Assembly: GCF_006345805.1 (NCBI RefSeq)
Contig: NC_043007.1
Coordinates: 69,750,001-69,814,000, forward strand
Reading direction: 5' to 3'
From: Octopus sinensis
Taxonomy: Eukaryota
DNA length: 64,000 nucleotides
The notes below the pieces were generated by a model. The model saw nothing but the letters and a program-made list of their open reading frames with translations. It had not been told where the DNA came from and did no database searches. The position numbers and the translations under genes were made by a program. Below, one piece after another: positions 25,940 to 39,338 of the stretch (position 1 is its first letter; each line of letters opens with the position of its first letter).

Positions 25940-26650
25940 TTTTGTCATTGACAATCATCCTCCATAGCAAGTGGTGGCCATAACCAGTATTGAATGGCAC
26001 CACAACAGGCATTACACATCATTTGTTAAGCAGGATTTAATCAATCACATTTCAGTGGTGACTATTTAAGGTCTTCCAGGTTCATTAAATCCAAACTTTT
26101 GCTGAATAGCTGTTCCCAATGCAAAGTTTTTTTTTGCCTTTGCCATGGTCTCCTGTAAGTTCTCTCCCAATCCAAATTTTCTAACATGTTTCCCACCCTG
26201 CTGCTCTTTTCTAACCTTTTAAAACCAATGTGATGCTCAATCATCCACTATCACAAATTTTGGAAGAAATACCACTCATTCTGGTCAGTGAAACAGACAA
26301 TGCTTTAAAGCTGATAAAGAGAGATAAAGTTCCAAGAGATGGTCTAACAACAAAAAATGACAGAGTGAAGAAGAGCAGCTGTGGAAAATCCTCATTCTAC
26401 ATTACAACTGATATTTGAAAGAGGGGAAAATAATGATGTGGAAGAAGTCAAATACCATCTCGCTTTATAAGAAGGGTGGTAAGGAAGGTTTGAGAAACTA
26501 TTTTCCCCATATACCTCTTATCTCAATTTTTACAAGCAATTTACAAAGGTCATAGTCACCAGACTAAGGAAACATCTCCATGACAAGAAAATGAGAAAGC
26601 AAGCATGTCTGTGGAACAACTACAGTACAATAACCACGCACTCATTTAAA
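25940..26650. mobile_element. RTE-1-like LINE relic with an internal inversion
   Basis: Plus strand 26230-26650: IPLILVSETDNALKLIKRDKVP..., WKKSNTISLYKKGGKEGLRNYFPI. Minus strand 26230-25940: C-terminal-like DWERTYRRPWQRQKKTLHW. Confidence 0.6.
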
Positions 26651-27657
26651 TACAGCTTCCATAATAAGCACAAAGTGTGTCACTGTGTCACATTCACCAC
26701 CCTTTTTAATATCTAATCCTACATACTGGAATTCCATGGCTGCTTCAGATTTATTTGAATTTATGAAGCCTGTCTATAATTTGGGTCCAAAAGATTTTTT
26801 TTAACATACAAAGCATTCACATAAACAATGATACCATGCAGTTTTTTTTTTCCAGCATCCTATGTAGATATTGCCTGATCATATTTAATGAGGCTACTAC
26901 TCCTAATTTCATTAATTCCATTAATTGTCAGATTCCAGGATCTTCAAGCATCATTTATGCTATATACATAGTTTAAAACATAACTTGGGAGTACAAATGT
27001 CACATGTAGAGGATCTAAGAAATCTCTGTAAAAAATACAGTCTTAATATCCAATGATTTGCATATCAGACCACGTGGTGCCTTAGTTCCTAATGCTACAT
27101 GTAGATCCTCTTTGGAACATGTGGGAGAGTTCTTCCTGATATCATTAACCTCTTACCACAAAGTCCAGCTTTACTACTTTGACATTTGACATTTTATTAG
27201 TATAAATCCATCTTGTAGATATGTTGGGATGATCTTGATTAGGCATCTGCATATAATCTGATTCTCAGTCCAACTTTAAAGTTATTTTTTCTTTGCTTTT
27301 TTCAAGTTAATACTGGAGAAAGTGAAGAAAAAGCTCCACAACTTTGTACTTATTTACTTGCCATTTAGATACACCATGTTCAAAATCGAACAAAAGAATG
27401 GTCCCCCATATTCCATAATATGTATTAAATATTTATTTTTACCTTTTACATTACCAATCTAGCTTCTCACATCCAATCACCTCCATTCTGCATCCTCATC
27501 ATTAACAAGTTTACATTAAATAGTTTTTCCTGGTTTGGGAAACACAATCATCTTCAGAACAGATTTTTGTTTCAACGGTCTATTTTTTGATCTCATGGTT
27601 TGATGCTTTTCAACATTGAGCGTTTCCAGTTCAACATCAATATAGTTCTCTACTTAA

Positions 27658-27878
27658 CCCTTTCATTACCGTATTTATTTTGAGATGCTCTGTGTTTCTT
27701 TCAATTACTTTAAATATAATAAAGAATTTAGTAAAATAACTTAGTTATCATTAAGCTAGTGTTAGGAACATAAATTGTGACTAAGGTTTGGTGGAAGATT
27801 TTAATTCAAAACTTATGAAAACAAGACATTTGTACTCAGAGCCAGATCCGGTTTCAGCCGGGTTGGTAACAAAAGGGG
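27658..27878 (+). mobile_element. piggyBac-type MITE, copy 2
   Basis: TTAA|CCCTTTTCATTAC ... GTAACAAAAGGGG|TTAA. Internal sequence closely similar to copy 1. Confidence 0.85.
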
Positions 27879-29845
27879 TTAAATAGATACTTTGGCACTT
27901 TCATAACACTTATTTCACGTATTATCTTCTAAACAGCTTCTATACGCTTCCAGACAGGGCATTAAATGTGATGGATGCACTTTTACATACATGCTTCCAT
28001 ATTTAACAAGTGTTTGTTTTCCCATCCTCGGAGTTCCTAGACCAAACTCTTTAACACTCATTCCTTTTACTGAGAACCATATCAACATTTTTCTAAGACT
28101 GTGCCATACTTGTCCCAACTTGGGGACAAAGTGTAATGTCTTACTTTCTCTGAAAACTCATACTACCTGAACCTCTATCTAACATACATATATAACAGTC
28201 AAGTTATTTACTACAACTTCACTGGTGAAAATATCTTATGATTAATGAAATTTTTCACTTAGAACAGAAGGCAGGTTGGGATCTCTTCCAAAAACAAATT
28301 GATATGGGTTGTACCCATGTATGTTGTGAAGGATTATTTCTGGTATTTATGTTCTTGCTAGAACCACCACTAAACTATATTCTATACTTTGGTTTTCTTC
28401 AACATTTCTTTTATTACACCATTATGTCATTCATTCATGAACATTAATGGGTAGTGGTATGTACCACAATACTTAGGTGCAGTGTCAGGTCTTGAATGGT
28501 AATCAAACTACCATTATGATCCAGAATAAACCTAGTGTCCCAAAATAAACTATTTAGTGTTTGAAGATAACACTAAGAATATCAAAACTTTCCTTACTAC
28601 AAAGACAGACTCCTACACTGGTTCAAGTTCCATGGTCTACAAAGTGTAGTACCTTATTACCTCTAATTTCTTTGATGTCCATAGAAATAGTTTCATCAAA
28701 ATATAATTCCAGTGAGCATTTCAAAATATTTCTGATAATGACTAATCTCACAGAGACCCTAGTACTGGGTATATAAAAATGGGGTTTCTTTACCCTTTCA
28801 GGAGCTGAAGCACTCTTTCTGGCAGCCTTGGGTGTCAAGATGCTTCTGTGAAACCTTCCATCTGATAGATTTATTAACTGACTGCTTAATAGAAGCCATA
28901 GCAGTGTATACATCAATAATCTGGTTACTATACACTCTATTCAAACATTTAACATCCAAAAGAAATTCATAATTATCAAATCATTTCAGTGACATACTCC
29001 AAGTCTGTTCTTTGATTTAATTCCAATGCAATTCATAAGGCTAAATTCACATTGTATCAGCACTAGAGGCTTGAGCTGTTCTACATATGAACAGTGGCTG
29101 AAAGTTCTTCAAAGTCACTTCTTTCTAAGTAAAAAGTGTTACATATTGGAAAATAATTTGAGATACCTCACTTTCTCTGATATAAATTTTAAATTCAAAT
29201 ATTGTTGTAATACTGTTGGAGTAACACTTTTAGTTGTTTCTCAAGTAGCAGCATACTTTTGTTTTGCTTTCTTGTTCTGCTCAACATTTTGATTCACATC
29301 TAAAATATTTACTTTTATTACAGTTTGGTCCATTCTTGATGTTGACTATCCCTTGTGATCCCTTGCTTGAAAAACAGGTAAGGGTTATCATCAGGAAAAT
29401 AATGCCTTAAATAACATTCATCCAACCCATGCACGCATAGAAAAAAGGGAAGTAAAATAAACAAAAGGCAATGAAACATTTCAACTCCAAGTTCAGAATT
29501 GGTTACATCTGGCAAGAGCATGGGGACCTATAGATGCCCATTCTTTTAGTTCATCTGGAAACCTCTAAATGAGAGCACACATTCAGAATGAAAACAATAA
29601 TTAATTTTAGTACCCACACTTGACTGAGAGGAAAGAAGCTCTTTTCACTCCAGTGAACAATATCACCAAGATATTGGTTAAGTTTTACTTTGACAAAGTG
29701 TGATCCTTGCACTGCATTGAAACAAATATTCTGAAGATATTTGCAGAGTGATACCAAATTAGCTAAAACCTCAACAAGAACACTGTACAATTCTATACTA
29801 TGAACCAGTCACAAATTTTGAAACTTATTGGATCATTGGACTTAC

Positions 29846-29849
29846 CCAT
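29846..29849 (-). CDS. Candidate alternative first exon end encoding M(D), giving MDGLLDQ...
   Basis: AAGCAA ATG G|gtaagt: consensus donor, phase 1. Confidence 0.35.
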
Positions 29850-30864
29850 TTGCTTATTACAGCATAGCACTAGTACATTGTTATTAATGTATCACTTTCT
29901 AACACAAACTAATTCTAAAAATTCCCCTTTTGTAACTGAAGACCTATTGAACTTAGCTTATACTAGCAATGCACCTCAGCATTGCCTAGGTGTTAAGACC
30001 TACAGCCACATTGTATTATTTGTTCCTGTCTTATGGGCAGAATCGGCACCCGAGGAGTATGAAGCAAACATCTTTATAAACATGTCTTTTGGTCATTTTC
30101 TGATGAACAACGCTGCAGTTTCCATCTCCCAAATTCAGTCACAAGTCTGTGGTTGGCCTAGGGCTATAGTAGTAAAAACGGTACCAAGCAGAGGGACTGA
30201 ACATGAAACCATGTGGTTGAGACACACATTCTTGCACCTAATATATGTGTGTGTGTGCTTACATTTTGTTGTGAAATTGAGCATTGTGTCCCACTATATC
30301 TCAAAGTTAGCAGGTCATCAAGCAGAGATCTATAAAATAAATGCCAGATTGAAATACGTGTTGAGGTCAGTATGATCAATTAAATTTTTGAAGGTGATAC
30401 CCCATTATCGCAACAGTCGAAAGACTAAACCCAGTAAAATAATGTTTAAAGACTTAATGGCTTCAAATTTAAGGTAATGGATCAGTAACCACAAGATACC
30501 GAGTTCAAAAAATCATATTGAACTTCCACTATACGATAACACTATATGTACATCTCAGTCTGCTTCACTTCCAACAATTAACAATTGTAATTTGAAGTTG
30601 AATGGTCAGCACTAAGGTCCAGATTTCTTAAATTATTGTGCAAAATATTCTGAGAAAAAATATTTTCACCACAATAAAACACGCACACACACAGCTATGT
30701 CTGTAGTAACTTGAGATACTACAAAAAGCAGCCAAATCTCTCTTAAAACATATCCTTTCATCAAAAGAAAGGCACAAGTTTACAGAATTTCAGGAAGAAA
30801 AAAAAATAGAAGTATGCGATGGGTGTGCTAAAACAGAAGTAACTCTGGGTTAAACAAAACATAC

Positions 30865-30871
30865 TTCGCAT
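30865..30871 (-). CDS. Candidate alternative first exon end encoding MR(N)
   Basis: ATG CGA A|gtatgt, phase 1, in a relatively CpG-rich stretch (about 30400-31360). Confidence 0.3.
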
Positions 30872-31424
30872 TAAAAGATTATCTAGTAAATAAAACTAAT
30901 AAAGTTGACAGTATATCTTCGAAGTTTCATTCGCTGGCAAAACCTTATGTATTTTAAACATTTTCTCATTATGCTCTAAGATAGTGGTGGCAGGGTTGCC
31001 TCCCTTAGTTAAATACCTCAAAATCGTACGACTTGACCTTGTTTCCGAGGTTATTTTTGTAGTAAAAAAGAGTTGTTGTGCAAAAAACATACTTTATTTT
31101 GTAGTCAAAAGATTACTGAAACCTGATACCTCATATGTCAAAATTGGCAACTCACTTTTCAAAGCCATAAAAAGCACACACACACACACACACTCTGTTT
31201 TACGTATTAAGATTATGCACAATAAAGACTCAAAAATTGGCATAATTGGTGCATCCAGCCTCAAGTCTTCTCTGAACAACAGAATGCTGCCCTGACGGAC
31301 ATGTTATTCTTTTTTTGACAATTGTTACAACTCCATTATTTTTGCCGTAGCATAACTTATGCTCCAGCTGATATTAACATTATCATCCTGGGAAGATTGA
31401 GATTAATTTCATTTTCTTCTTTTT

Positions 31425-31730
31425 ACTTGTTTTAGCCATTAAACTGCAGCCTGTTGGAACACCATCTTGAAGAACTTCAGGCAAATGTATTGCCCACAAC
31501 GTTTTGTTTTTCTTAAGTTGTTCAATCAGTTGTCAAGTGGTGGTGGGTGACACACATATGCACACATACGACAGACTTCTTTAAATTTCTATCAACCAAG
31601 TCCACTCACAAGGCTTTGGTTAGTCCAAAACTATAGCAGAGGGCATTTACCTAAGGTGCCACACAGAGGGACTGAACCCAAAACCACATGGTTGGGAAGC
31701 AAACTTTTTATCACACAGCCACACCTATGC
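31425..31730 (-). mobile_element. tRNA-derived SINE family C, old copy
   Basis: ttctatcaaccaagtccactcacaaggctttgg...gggactgaacccaaaaccacatggttgggaagcaa. Confidence 0.75.
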
Positions 31731-34700
31731 CTATATGTTGTAAGTATAAAAATTTCTTTTTGCCCTCACCATGCTAATGCTGCTGAAAACTAAAGTGAGC
31801 ACTTAACAAGGGGCTGTATAAGGTAAAAACCTTTCGTAGGGAATCAAGGAGAGAAAAAGTGACAACCAACAACATGTAGCTGACTCAATAAACAGTGTAT
31901 GTGTTGCAACATTGTAATATACAGAAATAACATGAGACAATAAATGAAATGAGACAAGGTTACAGAACAATAAGGACAAATCTTTTCAACAAAATATATT
32001 AATTCAATTAAGTAAATAATAATTGGTGAAGACTAAGTTTCTGTCAACAGTAGTCTGAGTGTTTAAAGATAATACAACATACACATTTTACAGCAAGGTT
32101 GTGCAACACTTTACTACGTGGGGTGAAATAACATAATAACAAGTTTCTAAGCAGGCCTATGTGACAATGCAGCTCAGCCATTCTTATACACCAAGATAAA
32201 GTAGCATACAAACCCCACCACCAATTCTTATTTAAACAGACTGACTAGTCAGTAGCAGGTTAGGGGTAACTCTCAACTGGTTAAGTTGGCACAAACACTT
32301 CCATTTATAGAGAAAAGTGGGGCTCAGGGATCCATGTAATTGCTTGCTTAAAAAGAATGGCTAATTACAGTGAGAAAGGCAGTTTGGTTAAATCAGGTGA
32401 CAATGTCCCTAGATGTCACATGTTCAGAGTTCCCTGCTATGTTTGAAATATCGTAAACATCTGTCTATATTTGGAAGTGGATACGTCACATGACAGGGGA
32501 CACAGGGTTATCAAAACAATCAGGAGATAATTGTTATACTGTCACTAACAGCCAACTTTAGAATACCAGCAAACGCTTATAAAAGATTTCACTTAGCAGT
32601 GTGTAATTAACATAGAATTAATAATTAATTAATGTAACCAACAATAGATTAATAATTAATAATTAATATAATTAACAAAAGAGTAGTGGGTATAATAGCA
32701 GTACTTTCATTAATTCAGGTTTCCTCAACTCACCCATTCAACAAATGCAAAAGCATAGTTGTTTCTACACCAACTTTCAGGAATGTTTACATATTTGGGC
32801 CAGTGTAAATTAATTTCTTGAAATTACTGAATTTTTTTTTTTTTTTAAACTCCAAGAAATATCATTAACAACTTTAATCATGTTAGGACCAAACTTCTTC
32901 AGGTTTTTGGCTCTAGGTTTTATAAAATGCCACTTTCTGATCACCATATTGTGAAACCTGAAGGAAGTTAGTATTTTGAGAATACTAACATGTAAATGAT
33001 ACAGATAATACCAACACTTTAATACCTGAAAAACATCCGCTATCATTACCTACTGTTTTTCAGGAGCAGGTAGTAATACAGTTTCTAGGAGATATGAAAG
33101 ACATCCTTGCTTAAAACTTGAGCAAGCCTTCTATTTTCCAGATTTCCCTGTTTTTTCAATCTTTTCTTGAGAAGTTATAGCAATTTTTATAGTAAGATAT
33201 AGCCTAATATAAAAAACATTTTATAAAAGCATTTAAGTTATCACCACTGACTACTCCAGATATTTTGCTAACTTTTCATAAATAGCAACCAACTGAAATG
33301 GAAATATCTGTTATTTTTTATTTATTTATTTTTTTGTGACCTGGGGGTGGGGGGCTAGGTCAAATTTTGAAATATGACAAATGTACCATGGCCAAAACTA
33401 TTTGTAAAAGAAAATGAGAAGCAACCTTTTGATGCGCATGACATCAATGAATGTGCTGCTGTACACTCACACAACAGAGATGGAATGTAGATAGCCTAAT
33501 CCAACACTTAACATATTATATTCTACCATATACAAAACTATAATGAAGACTTTGGATCTAGACAAAGGTCTTCTGTCACCTGTTAAATTTGGTCAAATGA
33601 ACATTGAATGAACCCATAATATAACTGCAGAATTATATGCTCAGTGTACAAAAACATTAGAATACATCAACAATCCAGACCACAGGTTGAGAGCCACAAT
33701 AAAATGCATCCAAGGGGCTAACAAATGTAAAATAAAGCCAAGTAGTTTTTTCTTTCTTCTTTTGTCACCACAAACAAAAAAAGAGGATTGGTTCCTTTTA
33801 TGCTATCTCCTGTTACAAAGTGAAAAAAAAATTTCTAATATCAAATTCTTTTTTCTACAGTAGCTTTTTAAAAACTCTTACATTATCTTAATCACATAAT
33901 ATTTTAAAGTCACCTGTGATGTCACCACTGACATTTTAGCAGTGATTTGTCTGAATAGCCAAGAAAGTGCCCCTCTCTGACTGTTTTAACATTTGAGATA
34001 ATCACTGAAGGATCCAACACTCTTTCAAACATATTTTCTATTAGTTTATCTCATAAAGAGCAATCCCATTTATGGTCTTTGTTAAATAACACACCTATCA
34101 ATGTATTAAAATAAAAACCAATAAATCAACAACCTTATTAAACAAGTCTTATCACAAAATCTCTGCACAGTCACTCAGCCAGCTAGAAATAGCAGCCACA
34201 TCTTCAAATCACACCACACTATCTTAAAAGTGGGACAACACATTGCATAGTCACTGGTACCAGTATATAATGACCCGACTATCAGATGTTATATACCACT
34301 GGTCACAATGTGCTTCCATTTCTTGATTGTGCCCTTCGTTTCCATCTTGGCACAAATCATTTAACTGAATCACATAGTGTACTCCTAAAAGAAATGAGAG
34401 ACTCACAGCTTGAATGTCTTTGATCATTTGTTTGCTAGACTAAAACTAATATAGTACTACACGGCAACTTACTATACTTCAGCAGTGTAAAATATGAAAC
34501 AACTCAGTCATTAAATTACTAAAAACTATACCTTCTTTGTACCAATAACTGGTGTAATCTCATTATTGTATACAGCTTGTAATAATTATTTCCAAATCAT
34601 TCAAACCAAGTCTTAATACTTCCTTTTAGACTTTCCTTTATTTAATTATATTTTAACCAATCACCAAATTTAACAATCACCATTGTAAATTTTCACCCTG

Positions 34701-35736
34701 TCCTCATTATTCATTATCTTCAAATATCAATGTGAGCAGGAAGTATGGTAATGCTATTTGTGAACAGCATAGAATTTAAAACCGTCTCTCAATCACTATT
34801 ACTGTTATGTAAGGCACAGAATAAAAGTTTGCCTTTGTGAAGTGGAATACATGTCAGGTCAAGGGAGATAAATCTAGACGGAATTATAACTTTGCAAACT
34901 GTCTGATATTTGAATTTTAGAACTGGGTGGCCTGGAAATAGTATTTAATAGCATGTGAACTGATTCAAAGAGTGAAGGAGTACAGGATTTTTTTTTTTTT
35001 CCCCCTTTTGAAAAGATTATTTTGAAGGACTTCAGTTCAGCAAGGAAAAGAATTGCAATGCAGTTTTAGAAATAAAGGGAGTGCATATTTAGTGCAAAGT
35101 TTCAGGATAAAAAAATACATTAGGTGTCCAAGTTGATAGACAAACAGGTCTAGTAATTATATTTAGATGGGGCTGGCTACAATAAAACAAGAAAGATTGA
35201 ATAAGCAGTCCATTATATTGATGAAAGAGGAAAGAAAATAGCTCAGTGAAAAGCTGAAGGTTAGAGTTAGGAAAAATTGTCAAACCCAAAATGTAGCAAT
35301 CAATTAGAAGCTTTTAATTAAAATATCAGAACTGAAGGTCCTCAAGTCGGTAGTTCAATGAATAACCAATTTGCAATACAGTTACCTGGTTACCAAATAA
35401 ATTTGATTTAAATGGAAAAAAAAAAAAATTTCTTAAACAAAAGAGGTTAATACTGGCCATGAGACAATAGTACAGGTGATTTTTAAACAAATTCCTGAAT
35501 TGATACAGCATTGAAAATTAAATAAGTATAACAAGCAAGCAAAGGATCTTTTATTGAGTGACTCAGCTGATTTAATATTATAGCGGTGGGTGGGATCTAC
35601 TTTAAAGAATCCCGTACCAACTTTAAAATGGGAATCAAAGTAGTTTTTGTAATAAGCATTTGCTCAAAGCTGAATGAGGCTTCCTCATAACAAAATATAT
35701 GTACTTAAATTTCTTTCAAGATATACTTTATAATAT

Positions 35737-35890
35737 AGGCTCAGGCATGGACAGGCTCGGGCATGGACAGGCTCGGGCATGGACAGGCTCGGCATAGACA
35801 GGCTCGGCATGGACAGGCTCGGCATAGACAGGCTCGGCATAGACAGGCTCGGCATAGACAGGCTCAGGCATAGATAGGCTTAGGCATGGC
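35737..35890 (+). repeat. Ten tandem 15-16-bp units (aggctc[a/g]gcat[g/a]gac) at the 5' end of a family-C SINE (about 35876-36100)
   Basis: Units read directly from the sequence. The last unit runs into the SINE head. Confidence 0.9.
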
Positions 35891-36284
35891 AGTGTGATTA
35901 AAAAAGTTTACTTCTTAACTATATGGTTTCAGGTTCAGTCCACAGTGAGACACTTTCGGCAGGTGTGTTCTAATATAGCCTTTGGCTAACCAAAGCCTTT
36001 TTAAGAGATTTTATAGAAAATGGAAGAACCCTGTCACATGTGTGTGTGCATGCATGCATAGGTATGTGTGTTGTTTGGGTCTTTTTGTCTTGTTTTGATA
36101 TTGTGCAATAGTTGTAAATGTGTGTCACCATCAAAAAAGCAGCACTGTTTATTGCCAATATTTCATGAAATCCATGTTCAGCCATGGGAAATTATTATCT
36201 TGCTTGGGAATCAGTAAGGGTAACAACAGGAAGGACATACCTCAACAAATTCCATCTGACTCATGAAAGTGTGAAATGGTGGTG

Positions 36285-36640
36285 TGTGGCAGCAATGGTG
36301 GTGGTAGTAGTGGCAATGGTGGTGGTGGTAGTGACAGTGACAATGATGGAGGTGGTAGTAGTAGCAATGGTGAAGGTGGTAGTAGTGGCAATGGCGAAGG
36401 TGGTAGTAGTGGCAATGGTGAAGGTGGTAATAGTGGCAATGGTGAAGGTGGTAATAGTGGCAATGGTGAAGGTGGTAGTAGTGGCAATTGTGAAGGTGGT
36501 AGTCATGGCAATGGTGAAGGTGGTGGTAGTAGTGGCAATGGTGGTGGTAGTAGTGGCAATGGTGGTGGTAGTTGTGGCAATGGTGGTGGAAGTTGTGGCA
36601 ATGGTGGTGGAAGTTGTGGCAATGGTGATGGCAATGACAT
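36285..36640. repeat. GGT-based minisatellite (21- and 24-bp units, e.g. GGTGAAGGTGGTAGTAGTGGCAAT)
   Basis: Tandem units that are multiples of 3. Several frames on both strands are stop-free. Confidence 0.9.
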
Positions 36641-39277
36641 AATTTGCTGTCAGAACATTTATGTGGAATAATACTAACATAATACAAAAATTGAATGATG
36701 AGCAATTAAACATGGTTCTAATCCTGTTTGTTGTCTCCATATGAGAGAAATTCTTTAATGATTTCAAGTCAATGGACTGTAGTCATACTGGGGCACTGCT
36801 TTCAAGCACTTAATTGATCATATTACTCCAAGTACTTAATTCCATTTGGCACTTTATCTCAGTCAAACTCCAAAGCCATAAGAGTTAAGGAACAATAAAC
36901 AACATTGGCTTTTAGGTTGATGTAAAGAAATGGTCAAACAGATGAACAAGCACACAGACATATGTTTGTCTGACATAAGTTGAGCTTCCGTATAGCTTCT
37001 CTCTACCAAATTCTGCTCAGAAGGTATTGCTGAAGCCTGAATTACTGTGCAATGCAACTGAATCAAAGATCATATAAGGCAACTATGCCTGTGTCTAAGT
37101 GTTTAGGCCATATGAATATTATTAATCAATCATAATTTAATGTCTTCAATACTGGCACGGGTTGAATAGTTTGACAGGAGCTGGGCAGGTAAAAGTCTGC
37201 ACCAGGTAAAAGTCCGTTTTGACATGGTTTTTACAACTGGGTGCCCTTCCTAACACCAATCACCACATTATAATATTATTTTACAAAATTCAGTTGCTTC
37301 ACTTTTCCTGATTAGACACATCCATTAACGAGTAATTAGTTGTCATGATTTGTAGAATATCACTGCTCAAAGTTTTATCAAAGGTAGAATTTGAACTTGG
37401 CACAAGTCAATGAAACAGTCATACAATGCTTGAGCTGTTTTCAATTATGAGCAATATCACAGTTAAATTCTGGGAGTGAGAAATTAACTGGTAAGTAATA
37501 ATTGAAACCAATATCATATCAAAATATAAATGACAATACAATTTATCAGAAATTCTCAGTAATATGCCATGTTCATAATAACATCTCCAAAGTTCAAATC
37601 AACTAAGAACTTGAATTTAATTGTCCTTGGTTATTCAGCTTAAAGTAAATGAGTGATGAATCTCCTTTTGGGTAGAATGCTACCACAGTTAAAATTCCTA
37701 TACTTATTGCTGATAACTGAGTGAATTTAGGTATGCAAAAGTAAGTATATTGTTCAAATATACAAGAAAATACCAGACAAATTTAAAGAAAAGATATCCG
37801 GAGTTCCCAATTAAATAACTTAACCCTTTCATTTTAAATTGTACAAAAGATCAGTTAAACATAACAAAGCAACTACATTGTTGAAGAGCAATATAATATG
37901 AACAGCTTTAAATTTAAATTTCATGCGGAACAGCAACCTGGTCAATGATATAGTCCCAGTGTAACTGCTGTCAGTGACCCAGTTGCAGTCGTGCAACAAA
38001 AATGTTGATGCTTCATGAAATAAATTCAATTCAAGTTGAACAACCTTGTGAGGTATTTAATGGTTAGAATGGCCATACAAGGATGCAGTTGTTTTAGTCT
38101 CAGCATACAGTCTCTGATCAAATTACTTGCCAGACAAGTACAACAACATAATTAGAGATGAAATAATTGAAGGAGTAAGACATTACAATAACAAACTCAC
38201 AAATATTGGGACCAGATTCACTGCAGACCTACTTTTATATAGCAAAGAGCCAGCTCTAGTCACTCTGACCTATACTGAAAGATGGCCCAGCTGTCACCTA
38301 CCCTCAATCATTGTCTTTTCTCAATCAATAAAAAGACCACTTAAGCAAATGTATCGAACTGTTATAAAGGGTCACAGAAGGTGATCTGATGTAGATTTGG
38401 TTGTTATTTCTAGCATCCATATAGCTTATTTGTTGGTTCCATGATTGTTTAGCCCAAGGTCGGCCCCATTTAAGTAGAACCTATGATGAAAGTCATCCAC
38501 CCATAACTGTCCTGTCTTTCAAGCAGATAAGAGTGTCACAATGGTTTCTTTTTTGTATGTTGGCAGTGTGTGGTTTGAGGGAGATTTGGCTGCTACTTCT
38601 ACTAGGCTGGGCAATACCTATGAAAAATAGGAGCTGCTCAATCAATTAGAAATAGTAGCCAGAGAGCTTCTTTATTGGCTCAGCAGATATTTTGTATTGT
38701 ATTTAGGCAGTATATTTCATTTTAAAAGGATTCACATCATAGATCTGTTGGAATTAGGGACCCAGACTGTTCAGCAGTGATGTTACCTGCAATACACCAG
38801 AATTCTATGCAAAGGAAGGTTAAACTATTGCTTACGTAACACCTTAAAAAGTAAACCCCAACCTTGATGATATTCATGTTTTATTCTCAAAAAAAAACTC
38901 AGGAATTAAAGCAACCAAACAAATAAGTCTGAGCAACAGACATCAACAGAAAAGCGACAAGGTGAAGCTTAACAACAGGAGCAAAGAAGCATTGGAAGGT
39001 GAAGTAGCTTCACATCACAATAAAGCCACAGGCTACTGTTTATCAGTTAAAGTTACCTGTAATGTCATCCAAAGATCTTAACAGGCTGGAAGGTCTTGCT
39101 ATATATATACCTAAAGCAAATTTAAGAGAAAAAAAAATGCTAAACAGTAAATGGGGTGCCTTCTGGGGCCTCTGGTTGACTTTATACAGTTTGGAGTCAA
39201 ATATAAGAAATAAAAATAAAGCAGGAATTTTAACTTGAAATATGGTTCACTTTTACAGATTCCAAAATTTAATATAT

Positions 39278-39281
39278 AATG

Positions 39282-39337
<56 letters not shown>

Positions 39338-39338
39338 C
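39278..39338. repeat. (TAA)n microsatellite
   Basis: About 20 TAA units. Confidence 0.95.

Noticed and set aside
26700-27620. Minus-strand RT relic (IRLYADA resembling YADD)
   Set aside because: A single weak motif; no other RT blocks could be assembled.
29800-30375. 191-aa plus-strand ORF, the longest in the track
   Set aside because: The 3' part runs through a family-C SINE fragment and a microsatellite; no recognisable domain.
36184-36767. Gly-rich or His/Cys-rich protein gene
   Set aside because: Overlapping ORFs on both strands arise from a triplet-periodic minisatellite; no convincing splice or start context.
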